From an uncultured bacterium (GTDB taxonomy: Bacteria; Patescibacteriota; Minisyncoccia; Phycocordibacterales; UBA6065): 64,000 nt of DNA. The position numbers and the translations under genes were made by a program. The DNA is taken from assembly GCA_963841935.1 (NCBI GenBank), contig CAWJEP010000004.1, forward strand, positions 14,975 to 78,974, in the 5' to 3' direction. The stretch's first letter is position 1; every line of letters begins with the position of its first letter. The notes under the pieces were generated by a model. That model did not search any database, was not told the DNA's origin, and was given only the letters and a program-made list of their open reading frames with translations. This document shows, one piece after another, positions 30,791-40,959 of the stretch.

Positions 30791-31171
30791 TTATGAAGGT
30801 CTTGCGAGAAAAGTGCAGGTCGCACGCAAGCTCGTGCGGTTGGCGCCGATATCAAACGGATAATGTGTCGTGATTACGAGGCCAACACAGCAACCATTCA
30901 TCTTGCGCCGGTCGTAGGAGATAATAGCCTCAAAACGATCGCCGTTTATTCTTTGGTTCTCGATATCGTAACCGAGGTTCCAATAATGTTCCTTGACGGT
31001 CTTTGCTATCGTTTCGATATCCGGCGTCTCTTCGTCGCTTTCAAATAAGATAAGAAATTCCGAGTCCTGAATCGGATACAGTCGACTCCTCCCCCCTCCG
31101 AAAGCGCGGACGAGAAGCTCGCCGAGCTTGCCTTCGTTGAAAAGTTCCATCAATCCTCTGGCTGATGCCAT
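30791..31171 (-). CDS. Hypothetical protein
   Basis: 126-aa ORF with AAGGA SD, promoter TTTACA-N16-TAATGT and terminator at about 30760-30787. Confidence 0.7.
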   Translation of the reverse strand: MASARGLMELFNEGKLGELLVRAFGGGRSRLYPIQDSEFLILFESDEETPDIETIAKTVKEHYWNLGYDIENQRINGDRFEAIISYDRRKMNGCCVGLVITTHYPFDIGANRTSLRATCTFLARPS

Positions 31172-31270
31172 TTTGGGTTTTCCTTGCGATTGATTGCCCT
31201 AGGATGCCGCCTAGTCGGGTTCTGTTTCGCTCTATACATTACTTGCCGCGGGGATTTTGTAAAGTGAGCA

Positions 31271-31516
31271 CTATATAAAGACTTTTTCCGGAAAATTTTT
31301 GAAATGGGGTTCGGAGACAGCTTTCCAAGCGGTCGGGGAATCTGGTATTGAAAGCGGGGATTGGTTCATCCCATTCCATGAGCTCTTTAGCGAGGGTATG
31401 CGCGACACTAACTGCCCGGTTTTTATTTTTTTAAACAAGGCTATTCTGCTTATGTGCATGAGTCTTGCCGCTTCGGCGGTAGAGAAGTGTGATTTTGTAT
31501 GGTTATTTTCTGACAT
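31271..31516 (-). pseudogene. Collapsed remnant of an excisionase-like HTH plus Doc/Fic-family gene pair
   Basis: FSTAEAARLMHISRIALFKKIKTGQL abuts, in another frame, VAHTLAKELMEWDEPIPAFNTRFPDRLESCLRTPFQKFSGKSLY; no HPFxxGNxR motif. Confidence 0.6.
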
Positions 31517-31666
31517 GTCTCTAGGTTGATATATGTCTGTGAAACAATGATCACAAATAGTAGTGTAGTCGCGGATTAAGGGCTTTATCCACACAACCGA
31601 CTTGTTGCGATAAATCGAAACTAGTAATATAAGGCCGTAAATTTAATTTTTTAAACTTTTAAAACA

Positions 31667-33085
31667 ATGCGTCGGCGGACGTACTTTTTTATTTCGTTTT
31701 TAACTCTCGGTTTCCTTGTCCCGTTTTGTGTTCTCGCCGATTCCAGCAATATTAGTTCCCTAGTTTTTACAACCGAACCACAGACCGTAGACGCCGGTGT
31801 TCTTTCTCAAGAAATGACCGTCCAAACGCAGGATATTTCTGGTAATCCGATTCCGGCAGGAGAGACAAGCACCACAACTTTAACGAGCACGTCTCCCACA
31901 GGTCAGTTTTTTGGACCATCCGGCACATCGGCATTTTCACAAACAACTTCCGCTACCACAGAAAATAGAAATTTTACTTACAAAGATTCGAACCCAGGTA
32001 CATACACCATCACGGCGACGTTAATAGGCCGAACGAGCGGTAAGCAGTTTTCCGCGACGCAGACAATTGTTGTTACCGGTTCATCGGCTGATAATTCTTC
32101 ATCGGATAATTCAGACGCCTCTTCCACAAATAATTCATCAGCCGATTTAAATACCACTTCAAACAATTCGGAAGAGAACTCTTCCGACGCCTATTCAAGC
32201 CAAGAAACGATTTACGCCGGTTCGGATGATGAATCTTTCGGTTTGAGTATTGGCAGGAATCGTTTGGTCTCGGTCGGTGAGCCGGTTGTTTTTCTCGCGA
32301 GAATCATTTCCGGCGATTCATCATACGCCGGGACGCTTTTTCATTTCGCTTTTGGCGACGGCACCGAATGGAACGGCGAAAGCGCGACCCATACGTATAA
32401 ATACCCTGGAGATTATATTGTCGTCGTCGAAGCCAACCGATTTGGCGTGGATGCTGTCGCCGAAGCCAAGGTAAAAGTTGTCTCTCCGGACGTGGTCATT
32501 TCAAATTCCGACGCGAATTCGGTTGTTGTGACAAACAACGGAGCCGATGAAATCAATTTGGGCGGTTGGGTCATAACCGACTTCGTTGGAAGGTTTATCG
32601 TGCCGCAGGACACGATAATTTTGGCCCATTCGTCAATTACTGTTTCCTCGTCCGTGATGAAAACGAAAACTTTTTCCGGAGTCATAAGTCTTTATGACCC
32701 GTCGGAGAAGGAAGTGGCCGCCGCGCCTACGGACGCGGCGGCGGGCGGAGACATGACGATTGCTTTGCCTGGGGGAATGACTGCGGCTGAATTTAGCGAT
32801 ACGTTCTCACAGAAATTTTCCGACGCTTTGAAAGATTCCGAAACATCCGTTGAGGGAAATGGTGTGAAGGAGACGAAGGTAGTGGCGCGGCCTGCCGGCG
32901 GGCAGGCCGCGCCACTGCCCGCTAACGCGGAAGCGGCGGTCGCCGCTTCGTCGTCTCCAGAAGTCGCCGTCAACGAGTCCAGTTCCTCGGCGGCTACGGT
33001 GATTTATAGTGTTCCACACCATTCTGAGGACTCTGTTTTCTCCGGCATCGGTTCTTGGTTTAGCGGCCTATTCGGAAAAAAATGA
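31667..33085 (+). CDS. Secreted protein with PKD-like and lamin-tail-like domains
   Basis: Signal peptide; FAFGDGT..ATHTYKYPGDYIV; INLGGWVI. Confidence 0.75.
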   Translation: MRRRTYFFISFLTLGFLVPFCVLADSSNISSLVFTTEPQTVDAGVLSQEMTVQTQDISGNPIPAGETSTTTLTSTSPTGQFFGPSGTSAFSQTTSATTENRNFTYKDSNPGTYTITATLIGRTSGKQFSATQTIVVTGSSADNSSSDNSDASSTNNSSADLNTTSNNSEENSSDAYSSQETIYAGSDDESFGLSIGRNRLVSVGEPVVFLARIISGDSSYAGTLFHFAFGDGTEWNGESATHTYKYPGDYIVVVEANRFGVDAVAEAKVKVVSPDVVISNSDANSVVVTNNGADEINLGGWVITDFVGRFIVPQDTIILAHSSITVSSSVMKTKTFSGVISLYDPSEKEVAAAPTDAAAGGDMTIALPGGMTAAEFSDTFSQKFSDALKDSETSVEGNGVKETKVVARPAGGQAAPLPANAEAAVAASSSPEVAVNESSSSAATVIYSVPHHSEDSVFSGIGSWFSGLFGKK

Positions 33086-36045
33086 AAAAATCCATAAATA
33101 TTTTGGTGGTTATCGGAATTTCGACGGCATTTTTTGTCGCACCGGCTTTAGCTCACGCCTATACGATTGTCACGGGTAGCAGTCTACCTTCAGATACCGA
33201 ATGGACGGCCGACAAAAGTCCCTACGTCATCATGAATGATTTTACTGTTCCACTGGACGTGACGCTCACTATAGACCCAGGCGTCGTCGTCGAATTCACC
33301 GGACGGGAGAGTCTATATGTTTGGGGAAACATCATAGCTAACGGTACGACAAACCAGAAAATTTATTTTACCGCCGCCGGAGACGCTTCAGTTGGAGCGG
33401 TTCTTAATGATTCCGACGATATTTTTCCGATTTCCTTGTGGGGAATTGTCGTCGAAGGCGGCGTCTTGAACATGAACAACGCCGAAATGCGCTCCATGGT
33501 TTATGGCATTGATATGTACGGCGGTAATATTGATCTGAATAACGTGTCAATATCCGGAGATGAACCAACGATAGAAGATATAAACGGCACACTTGATTTT
33601 TCGAATGTTGATCTAGGTGGCGATCCCGGCTATGCGATTCTTTTAGGCGGTTCTTACGCCGAGCTTTTCGCGAATAATGTCTCGATTCACGATAGTGGTG
33701 GAGGTGTAGAGACGTGGGCAAACGCTAAAATTTCCGCCACAAACCTAAACTTATCGCGTATAAACGGACAAGCATTCAATTTGATTGGCGGGTCATTAAA
33801 TCTTTCCGATTCAACATTATCCGACATATACACCACCGCAAATCTTGCGGCAATTTCAACGACCATTGGTACGAGCTTGTCCATAGATTCGACAACTATC
33901 TCAAACGTATCTGGCACGGTTATTAATATTTTGAATGGAGCCAATGTCTCTATATCAAATACGGTCATATCAAACGCAGTTGGAGGGATCGAAATAAGCG
34001 ACGGCCTTTCATATTTGCCCAATTATAGTCCGAACGCGTTAAATACTATCTCGTCCTCCACCATTTCGAACATTGATAACGACGCCATCGATGTTTCCGG
34101 CGCCAATTTAAATGTTTCAGGTTCGTCTCTGACGAACATCGGTCAGTACGCTCTGTACAACACGGATTCTTCGCCACTCGCGGCCGCTGAAAATAATTAC
34201 TGGGGCGACCCAAGCGGACCATACAATCCAAATTCAAATCCAAACGGCCACGGTGCGGAAGTTTCCGATGGCGTTGATTTTTCAAATTGGACAGGAGAGA
34301 CGGCATCTACGGCCACAACTACTTCGGCCACTTCCACTCCGTCGGAATCAACTACAACTTCTTCCGTACTCGAACCGGTGATTATTATTCCCGGCATATT
34401 CGGTTCGGAAGAAAAAGACGGCGCGTGGGTAATGGACCCGATTCTCCACGCTTACGACGACCTCATTGCTACTTTGGCTGCGAACGGGTACAGCACGAGC
34501 ACGACGCTTTTTACTTTTCCTTATGATTGGAGGAATTCAAATGTCGTGACGGCAAAACTTTTGGAACAAAAAATTTCCGAAGTAAAAACCATTTGCGGGT
34601 GTTCAAGAGTAAATCTCGTGGCTCACTCGATGGGCGGACTAGTGGCGCGGCAGTATATTCAATCCGACGATTACCAAAATGACGTGGACAAAGTGATTTT
34701 TCTTGGCACGCCACACCTCGGCGCACCGGAAGATTATTTTGCTTGGGAGGGTGCAGTCGCCTCTCCAAATCCTCTGGATCTTTCTGGAAAAGTAATGGAC
34801 GCCATTCTTGGCGAATATGGTTTGCACGAGGGATATTTAAGTCCGTTTAATTTTATCCATGAAAAAGTGCCATCTATTCAAGAGCTTTTGCCAATCAGTG
34901 CATATAAGTTTGATTTTGACACTGGGGAAATTCAAGAATATTCATCGTCTACTTACCCAACAAATTCTTTTTTGGAAAATTTGGAGGCCACAAAAAGTCT
35001 TTTAAGTAGTCGAGTCAATGTTTTTAACATCGTGGGGGACATTGGTGGCAGTTCAACCATAGAAAAAATAGGAGTCCGTCCAGCAACTGATATAGCTCCT
35101 TTTTATACAGATGGTCAGCCCGCAACGATTTTGTCTGGAGGCCTCATTTATGGCGATGGTGACGGCACAGTTCCTCTTTCAAGCGCTAGTGATTTCCCAG
35201 TCTACGACACGTTAGATCAGAAACATACAGATTTACCTGATTATGCTGAGGAAGATGTATTTAAAATATTAACAGGGGGTAGTCTTCAGACAATTATTCG
35301 TGATGCAGTCATTCCAGATTTACGATTTTTGGTCATAAATTTGTTTTCCCCGATTCACATTCTGATTACAGCTCCTGACGGCAAAAGAATCGGTTACGAC
35401 CCTACGACCGGACAAGAAATAAACGAAATTTCGGGAGCTTTTTATACCGGCACAACGACAGAAAACGAGTATATAACAATTCCAAATCCTGAAGACGGGC
35501 AGTACCAAGTCGAGTCAATAGGATATGCTGATGGAGACTATACCATTACCGCGTCAGATGTTACCGGCGGTTCCACTACAAACACAAGTATGAGCGGTAC
35601 GACATCGGTCGGCGCTCAATCGTCACAGACTTTTACCCTGAGCTCGTCCACTGTTCTCTCTATCAATACGGACGCGAGTTCTCAACAATCGGAACAGACC
35701 ATTTCTGCTTTGTCTGTCCATCAATACGGCGGCGGGAATTCAGTCACCGCCACGCAAACAAAAGAAAAATTTGATCCGAACACTTTTATGATAACAATGA
35801 ACGCGCCTATAGATAAATTCGTGAAGGAATACAAGCTGGCTTATCGTTCTACGCATTGGGGTGAATATCAGGCGGAACTCGCGGAAAATAATAGCCAAGT
35901 GACAACTTCAACTGAGGTAGAAACAGCGTCTGTTTATCAAGCCGTGCCGAGTTCTCTAAATGATGAATTGAGTTGGTTTGCCGACAAATTTGTCGGTATA
36001 ATTAGCAAAGTTGCCGGTAATCTTTTTAATCTCATAAACAAATGA
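33082..36045 (+). CDS. Secreted beta-helix plus alpha/beta-hydrolase (LCAT/PGAP1-like lipase) protein
   Basis: Signal peptide, TIDPGVVV, NNYWGDPSGP; PVIIIPGIFGS, FPYDWR, AHSMGG, GTPHLGAP, GDGTVP, downstream His. Confidence 0.85.
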   Translation: MKKSINILVVIGISTAFFVAPALAHAYTIVTGSSLPSDTEWTADKSPYVIMNDFTVPLDVTLTIDPGVVVEFTGRESLYVWGNIIANGTTNQKIYFTAAGDASVGAVLNDSDDIFPISLWGIVVEGGVLNMNNAEMRSMVYGIDMYGGNIDLNNVSISGDEPTIEDINGTLDFSNVDLGGDPGYAILLGGSYAELFANNVSIHDSGGGVETWANAKISATNLNLSRINGQAFNLIGGSLNLSDSTLSDIYTTANLAAISTTIGTSLSIDSTTISNVSGTVINILNGANVSISNTVISNAVGGIEISDGLSYLPNYSPNALNTISSSTISNIDNDAIDVSGANLNVSGSSLTNIGQYALYNTDSSPLAAAENNYWGDPSGPYNPNSNPNGHGAEVSDGVDFSNWTGETASTATTTSATSTPSESTTTSSVLEPVIIIPGIFGSEEKDGAWVMDPILHAYDDLIATLAANGYSTSTTLFTFPYDWRNSNVVTAKLLEQKISEVKTICGCSRVNLVAHSMGGLVARQYIQSDDYQNDVDKVIFLGTPHLGAPEDYFAWEGAVASPNPLDLSGKVMDAILGEYGLHEGYLSPFNFIHEKVPSIQELLPISAYKFDFDTGEIQEYSSSTYPTNSFLENLEATKSLLSSRVNVFNIVGDIGGSSTIEKIGVRPATDIAPFYTDGQPATILSGGLIYGDGDGTVPLSSASDFPVYDTLDQKHTDLPDYAEEDVFKILTGGSLQTIIRDAVIPDLRFLVINLFSPIHILITAPDGKRIGYDPTTGQEINEISGAFYTGTTTENEYITIPNPEDGQYQVESIGYADGDYTITASDVTGGSTTNTSMSGTTSVGAQSSQTFTLSSSTVLSINTDASSQQSEQTISALSVHQYGGGNSVTATQTKEKFDPNTFMITMNAPIDKFVKEYKLAYRSTHWGEYQAELAENNSQVTTSTEVETASVYQAVPSSLNDELSWFADKFVGIISKVAGNLFNLINK

Positions 36046-36410
36046 AAAAAGAAAATATCCGGGACGGAATCATACTTGTGGTTTTGTTGATTGCGAGCGG
36101 TTTATTCACTTGGTATCTAGGAGATTACTTTGGCATTTGGTATGCGCAGATTTTTAATTTAGGTTTTCATACATTTGCTGTAATAATGGGATTTCCAATT
36201 GCGTATCTATTGTTTATTTTTTTTACTGTTCGACTTTTTATACCAAGAGCGAACCCATACATTTACGCTGTTATTTTTTTGCCAGGACTTCTCTTCAGTC
36301 TTTTATTCAGTTCCGAAATTTTCGTAGCCTTTTTTCCATTCCTCTTCGCGGTTGTCGGTTATCTATTAGCACTTCTTGTAAATTGGATGATACATCTTAT
36401 TAAAAGGTAA
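36042..36410 (+). CDS. Four-TM membrane protein
   Basis: Hydrophobic, AT-rich; ATGA overlap with the lipase stop. Confidence 0.7.
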   Translation: MKKENIRDGIILVVLLIASGLFTWYLGDYFGIWYAQIFNLGFHTFAVIMGFPIAYLLFIFFTVRLFIPRANPYIYAVIFLPGLLFSLLFSSEIFVAFFPFLFAVVGYLLALLVNWMIHLIKR

Positions 36411-36466
36411 TTTGACTTCCTTTTTGAAAGCGATAGGGTAGTGGAAAACAGCACAAAAGGACACAA

Positions 36467-36841
36467 ATGATATTTAAGTATCAGGCAGTGATTTATCCGC
36501 CAAAAAAATACACGCCGAAGGGGGTCAAGAAGGGGAGCCACATTTTCTCCATCGCCGGGGTGATCGGCATAAACACTTTGCAGAAAGATGTCGTGGTAGA
36601 CCTTATCAAGAGACGGATTTGGATAAGGGAGCTCGGCGCGTGTTTCTTCGTCGCCGATTACTCCAGGCCGTATGACATTCTCTACCTCGAGCGCAGGCTT
36701 TCCAAGCTGTCGCGCGCGATAGCCCAACGCTTGTGCGACGAAGGCTGGGCATACAACCACGAAGTGCCAAGTCGTTACCACTTGCCGGATTTTTATCTTC
36801 AAACGAACCTTCCGGTCGTTCTCGAGCCGGCGTCACGGTGA
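36467..36841 (+). CDS. Hypothetical protein
   Basis: 124-aa ORF; promoter 36412-36439, AAAGGA SD. Confidence 0.65.
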   Translation: MIFKYQAVIYPPKKYTPKGVKKGSHIFSIAGVIGINTLQKDVVVDLIKRRIWIRELGACFFVADYSRPYDILYLERRLSKLSRAIAQRLCDEGWAYNHEVPSRYHLPDFYLQTNLPVVLEPASR

Positions 36842-36922
36842 CGCCGGCTTTTTCTTGCGGAACGTAGGAAATCTGATAGTATGGCGTCAAACGTTCGTTC
36901 AACAGTTCAGTTAAAAGGATTT

Positions 36923-37345
36923 ATGATTACTCAAGAAGTTTCTTTCAAGGACTTATCGGTAGAATCGCGGAGGAAGATCAAGAAAATCGTGTGGCAAGTT
37001 GCCGCACTTATGCTTTCATATCCGGCCGCACTCATTTTCTCGATTGCTATGGGTTGGGACCACGTCGCGGCGGCGATATTTTTTCCTCTGCCGATTGCTT
37101 TTGCCATTACTTGCTTTGCGATGACGTGGTCCATCGTAAAAGAAACTAACGCCGGTATTAGCGGTGCTATCACGGGAATGTTTTCCATCGGCCTTGGTCT
37201 GTTCGGCATCGTTATCGCTTTTTCAAGCCACGATGTCGTCACCCAACCGTGGGGGGCATTGGTTCCTCAACTGTTTCCAAGCGATACCAGGTTTCCTAGT
37301 GTCAGCGGGAAAACTTCTATGGCAAGCTCTTTGCCACGCATTTAA
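36923..37345 (+). CDS. Hypothetical membrane protein
   Basis: Three hydrophobic segments; promoter 36855-36882; AAAGGA SD before ATG 36923. Confidence 0.6.
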   Translation: MITQEVSFKDLSVESRRKIKKIVWQVAALMLSYPAALIFSIAMGWDHVAAAIFFPLPIAFAITCFAMTWSIVKETNAGISGAITGMFSIGLGLFGIVIAFSSHDVVTQPWGALVPQLFPSDTRFPSVSGKTSMASSLPRI

Positions 37346-37427
37346 CGGCTGAATCGCCACTCACAGACATCTCTTTATGAGGTGTTTTTTCTTGCAAATT
37401 TCGGAGATTTTGATAAGGTAATAGCAA

Positions 37428-37540
37428 AGGCCGGAGAAAGCGGGCAACCATAAGTCCCGCCGAGGTCGAAGCGACGCAAACTATCGTTTGCGTCGCCCAA
37501 ACTCCGGCCCGCCGCGTATACGCGGCGGGCCAAGCCTTTT
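37428..37540 (+). promoter_or_regulatory. Ribosomal protein L10 leader
   Basis: ggagaaagcggg..cccgccgagg resembles the L10(L12)-binding leader core; lies between promoter 37392-37419 and rplJ. Confidence 0.65.
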
Positions 37541-37563
37541 TTTAACAGACAATTGTCAAAAAA

Positions 37564-38058
37564 ATGGCAATCAACAAAGCAAAGAAAAAAGAGATTGTGG
37601 AGAAGCTCGAGAAATCATTTTCTCAAGCCAAATCCATGGTTTTTCTCGGTGTCAAAGGCATCAAGGTCAACGAGCAGAACAAATTGCGAAAGATTCTTCG
37701 CGAACAGGGAGTCGGCTACACCATAGCCAAGAAAACCCTCGTCGGTCGCGCGCTCGATAAAGCGAAAATCTCGGGCGTAAAGCCGGAGTTTCTCGCCGAG
37801 CTCGCCGTGGCTTTTAGCGAAGACAATCTCGCGAGCCACAGGGAAATAGCTGATTTTCAGAAGAAGAACAAAGACAATGTGAAAATCATCGGCGGAGTTT
37901 TCGACGGAGTTTATGTCGACGCGGTCAAAGTTTCGGAGCTCGCTTCGATTCCGCCGCGAGAGATGCTTCTCGCCCAACTCATCAATCTGCTCAATTCGCC
38001 GATTCAAGGTTTCGTCATGGCGCTTTCGGAAATCGCCAAGGGAAAACCGCAGGCCTAA
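37564..38058 (+). CDS. rplJ: 50S ribosomal protein L10
   Basis: KKKEIVEKL, AKKTL..RAL, LASIP.RE.LLAQL. Confidence 0.95.
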   Translation: MAINKAKKKEIVEKLEKSFSQAKSMVFLGVKGIKVNEQNKLRKILREQGVGYTIAKKTLVGRALDKAKISGVKPEFLAELAVAFSEDNLASHREIADFQKKNKDNVKIIGGVFDGVYVDAVKVSELASIPPREMLLAQLINLLNSPIQGFVMALSEIAKGKPQA

Positions 38059-38081
38059 TTATTCTTAATTAAATTAAAATC

Positions 38082-38477
38082 ATGTCAGAAGAGAAAAAAG
38101 TCGTAGAGACTCCGGCGAAATTCAAAAGCCTCGTCGAGTCAGTGGAAAAAATGTCGGTCATCGAACTTCACGAATTGGTCAAACATCTCGAAGAGAAGTT
38201 CGGAGTAAGCGCAGCGGCGGTCGCGGTCGCGGCTCCGGCAGCGGCAGGCGCAGCGGCGGAAGAGAAGTCAATCTTCACGGTTGAACTGCGCGACGCCGGC
38301 GCGAGCAAGATTAACGTCATCAAAGTCGTCAAAGAAGCTCTCGGCCTCGGACTGAAAGAAGCCAAGGACCTCGTCGACGCGGCTCCGAAAGTTCTCAAAG
38401 AAGGTCTCAAGAAAGAGGACGCGGACAAGCTCAAGAAAGATATCGAAGCGGCAGGCGGAAAAGTCGAACTCAAATAA
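38082..38477 (+). CDS. rplL: 50S ribosomal protein L7/L12
   Basis: [29 protein letters not shown]. Confidence 0.98.
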   Translation: MSEEKKVVETPAKFKSLVESVEKMSVIELHELVKHLEEKFGVSAAAVAVAAPAAAGAAAEEKSIFTVELRDAGASKINVIKVVKEALGLGLKEAKDLVDAAPKVLKEGLKKEDADKLKKDIEAAGGKVELK

Positions 38478-38608
38478 ATTTCACGAAATTAAAAGCGGCC
38501 CCGCCATAGGCGGGGCCGCTTTTCGTTATCCCCGCCTTCGTTGCGAATACGTCGGGGGGGGTGTTATCATAGAGGACAGAAATTTAGAATCATTAATCGT
38601 ATTTATCA

Positions 38609-40893
38609 ATGAAAAAATCAATTATTTCGGCAGTTTTGGCACTCGTCATTCTTGTGGGTGTTGGGGGTAGCGTTGCCGTGAACACGGCAAATGCCCAGAA
38701 CGTGACCCTTCAGCAAATTATTTCGCTTTTTATAGCTCTCGGCATCATTCCAGCCGATAAGGTGGCAATCGCCGAAGCGGCGGTGGGATTGCCGATAACG
38801 ACGACGACAACAACTACTTCGACAAACTCGAACCAACCATTAATCGCTGTCGTCGGTAATCCGACGATTTCGTCCAATCAGACGTATCCGCAAAACGGCT
38901 ACTCGACTACCACTTTGGTCGCGACATTCAATGTCCAGATCCAAGCCAGCGGCGACAATTTCTATTTCGGCAGTCCTTCTGTCCAGCCGTTTGATTTTTC
39001 CGTGGGAAAAAACGGCGCGTGGGCGACATGTCGGTATATTCTCACTCCGAATCATTCTCCGTGCCGTCTGCCGGCGTCATAACTCAAGGACTTCCCAGCA
39101 ACGTGGCTTTTGAAATTCAGCAGAACAACACTGTCCAGATTCCCGTCACGTTCTATTTATATCTAGGCCAAAACACTTCGGGCAATTATTCGATTGGACT
39201 CAACTCCGTCAATTTCTCGTATGATTCCGGAGACAAGGGCACGGTTTCTGAAATCAAAGGCGTAGGCACTCCGGCGATTTCCGCGACTGGCCCGCAGAAT
39301 ACGACCACTACGACTTCTCAGACGACAAATGTAGCCCAGCAACTTTCTCTCTCTGCTATCTTTGAAGGTAACAATACAAGCGGTACGGTCACGAACGGAC
39401 CGGTCTATGGATTTGTTGCTTCTATATCAAATCCAAATGTTGCCTCTCTCACTATCAGTTTAAGTTGTCCGGCCGGTGTCGGCGCAGTAATGAAAGCGAC
39501 AGGGGATTGTAACGATTCCGGAGCCACTTTTGCTGGTCAGTCAACTGGCTCGAATGGTTGGCAAGGATTGTTTCTCAACAGCACAGGCAGTAGTCAAACA
39601 GTGATTGTCTATGCGAGGGCTTATGATGCAAATAAAAATGTTTTAGCAACAGCACAGACAAGTATAGTGATCCCATCTACGACTTCGGCGACAAATACCA
39701 TTACTACCGTAACTCCGACGATCACTGTTACATATCCGTCAGCGGGAAACGTTCTTGACGACAACGCGCAAAAAGGAAGCGGACCAGGGCCCTCTCCGGT
39801 GGCGAACATTCAGTGGACATCATCGGGACTTGGCAGTGACATGATCGGTATAGAACTTCTCGGCACGAATGGTCAGCAGGTAAGGTCTATCGCGAACAAC
39901 ATTTCCAATACCGGCAGTTATCTTTGGCCGTCCGACCCGACTCTTCAGAACGGAAGTTATGAGATAGAGGTCTATGACACATCTGCCAAAGGCCTAAATA
40001 TTCAGGCTCAAAGCGGATACTTTACCATTACCAACTCTCTTGCGGGACAGACGACACAGACAACAGTGACAACGTCACCGAATCAATCTGTTACCGGCAC
40101 AGAAACGATCGCTCCGAATAATCAAACTATTTCTTCGGGACAGACCGCGACTCTAAACGTTACCGTTCCAAGCAATACGACATCCGCCAAGATTTATTTG
40201 AGTTGCTCGTATGGAATAGGTGCGACAATTGAAGAGCTTGGAGACCTTGATCCGTGTAACGCTTATGAAAACTTGCCGGTATCCGTAAGTCAGATTCATG
40301 TGACTCTTTCCAACACCACCTCGAACCCAATTACCGTTGTTCCTAACTATTATATCTACACGTCTGCGAATCCCAATTATGCTTACGGAGTCTCGTCATC
40401 GATAACAGTGCTTCCAGTACAAACGACGACAACGACTCCAACCACATCCCCGTTACAATCGTCCGTATCTAATAATTCCGTGCCGGGGCTGACCATTATG
40501 GCGAGTCCGGTGGTTGCCGCTGCGGGACAAAGTTTTACGATTACTTCGGTCGCGACCGGAGGAAGCTTTACGCAGCACGGACTCGAGATATGTCTCTCGA
40601 CCAATCCATGCACGGCTGGCAACGACGGCGGTCACGGTTGGCAAAATATCGGCGCGAACAACCCACCCTCGGCAGGTACCGACGCGCTTACCGTACCGTA
40701 TTCTCCTTCGCAGGCCGGAACGTATTCCATTCACGCGTATGACAGCGTCAACGGCGGTGCGAGTTACACCTACACCCCTTCAGTTCAAGTGACCGTGACC
40801 GCGGCGACAAGTATGAACGCGGGTAGTTCAAATCTTGGTAGCGCGTATGTTGGTGTAAACGACGTTATCAATCTTCTGAATCTTCTCAAGTAG
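38609..40893 (+). CDS. S-layer-related secreted multidomain protein; frameshift near 39020
   Basis: ORFs 38609-39082 and 39019-40893 join; shares the N-terminal helix and one beta domain with the 27305 protein. Confidence 0.75.
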
Positions 40894-40959
40894 TTTTTAC
40901 AAAACAGCCGCCGCCCGCCTTGTGCGGGCGGCGGCTTTTTTGGTGTATACTATTTTCCT

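Noticed and set aside
26987-37558. AGACAATTGTCA shared upstream of the S-layer-like gene and rplJ
   Set aside because: Only two copies of an AT-rich palindrome at different positions relative to starts; insufficient support
38795-40445. ACN-rich tandem runs as a repeat array
   Set aside because: They encode Thr-rich interdomain linkers
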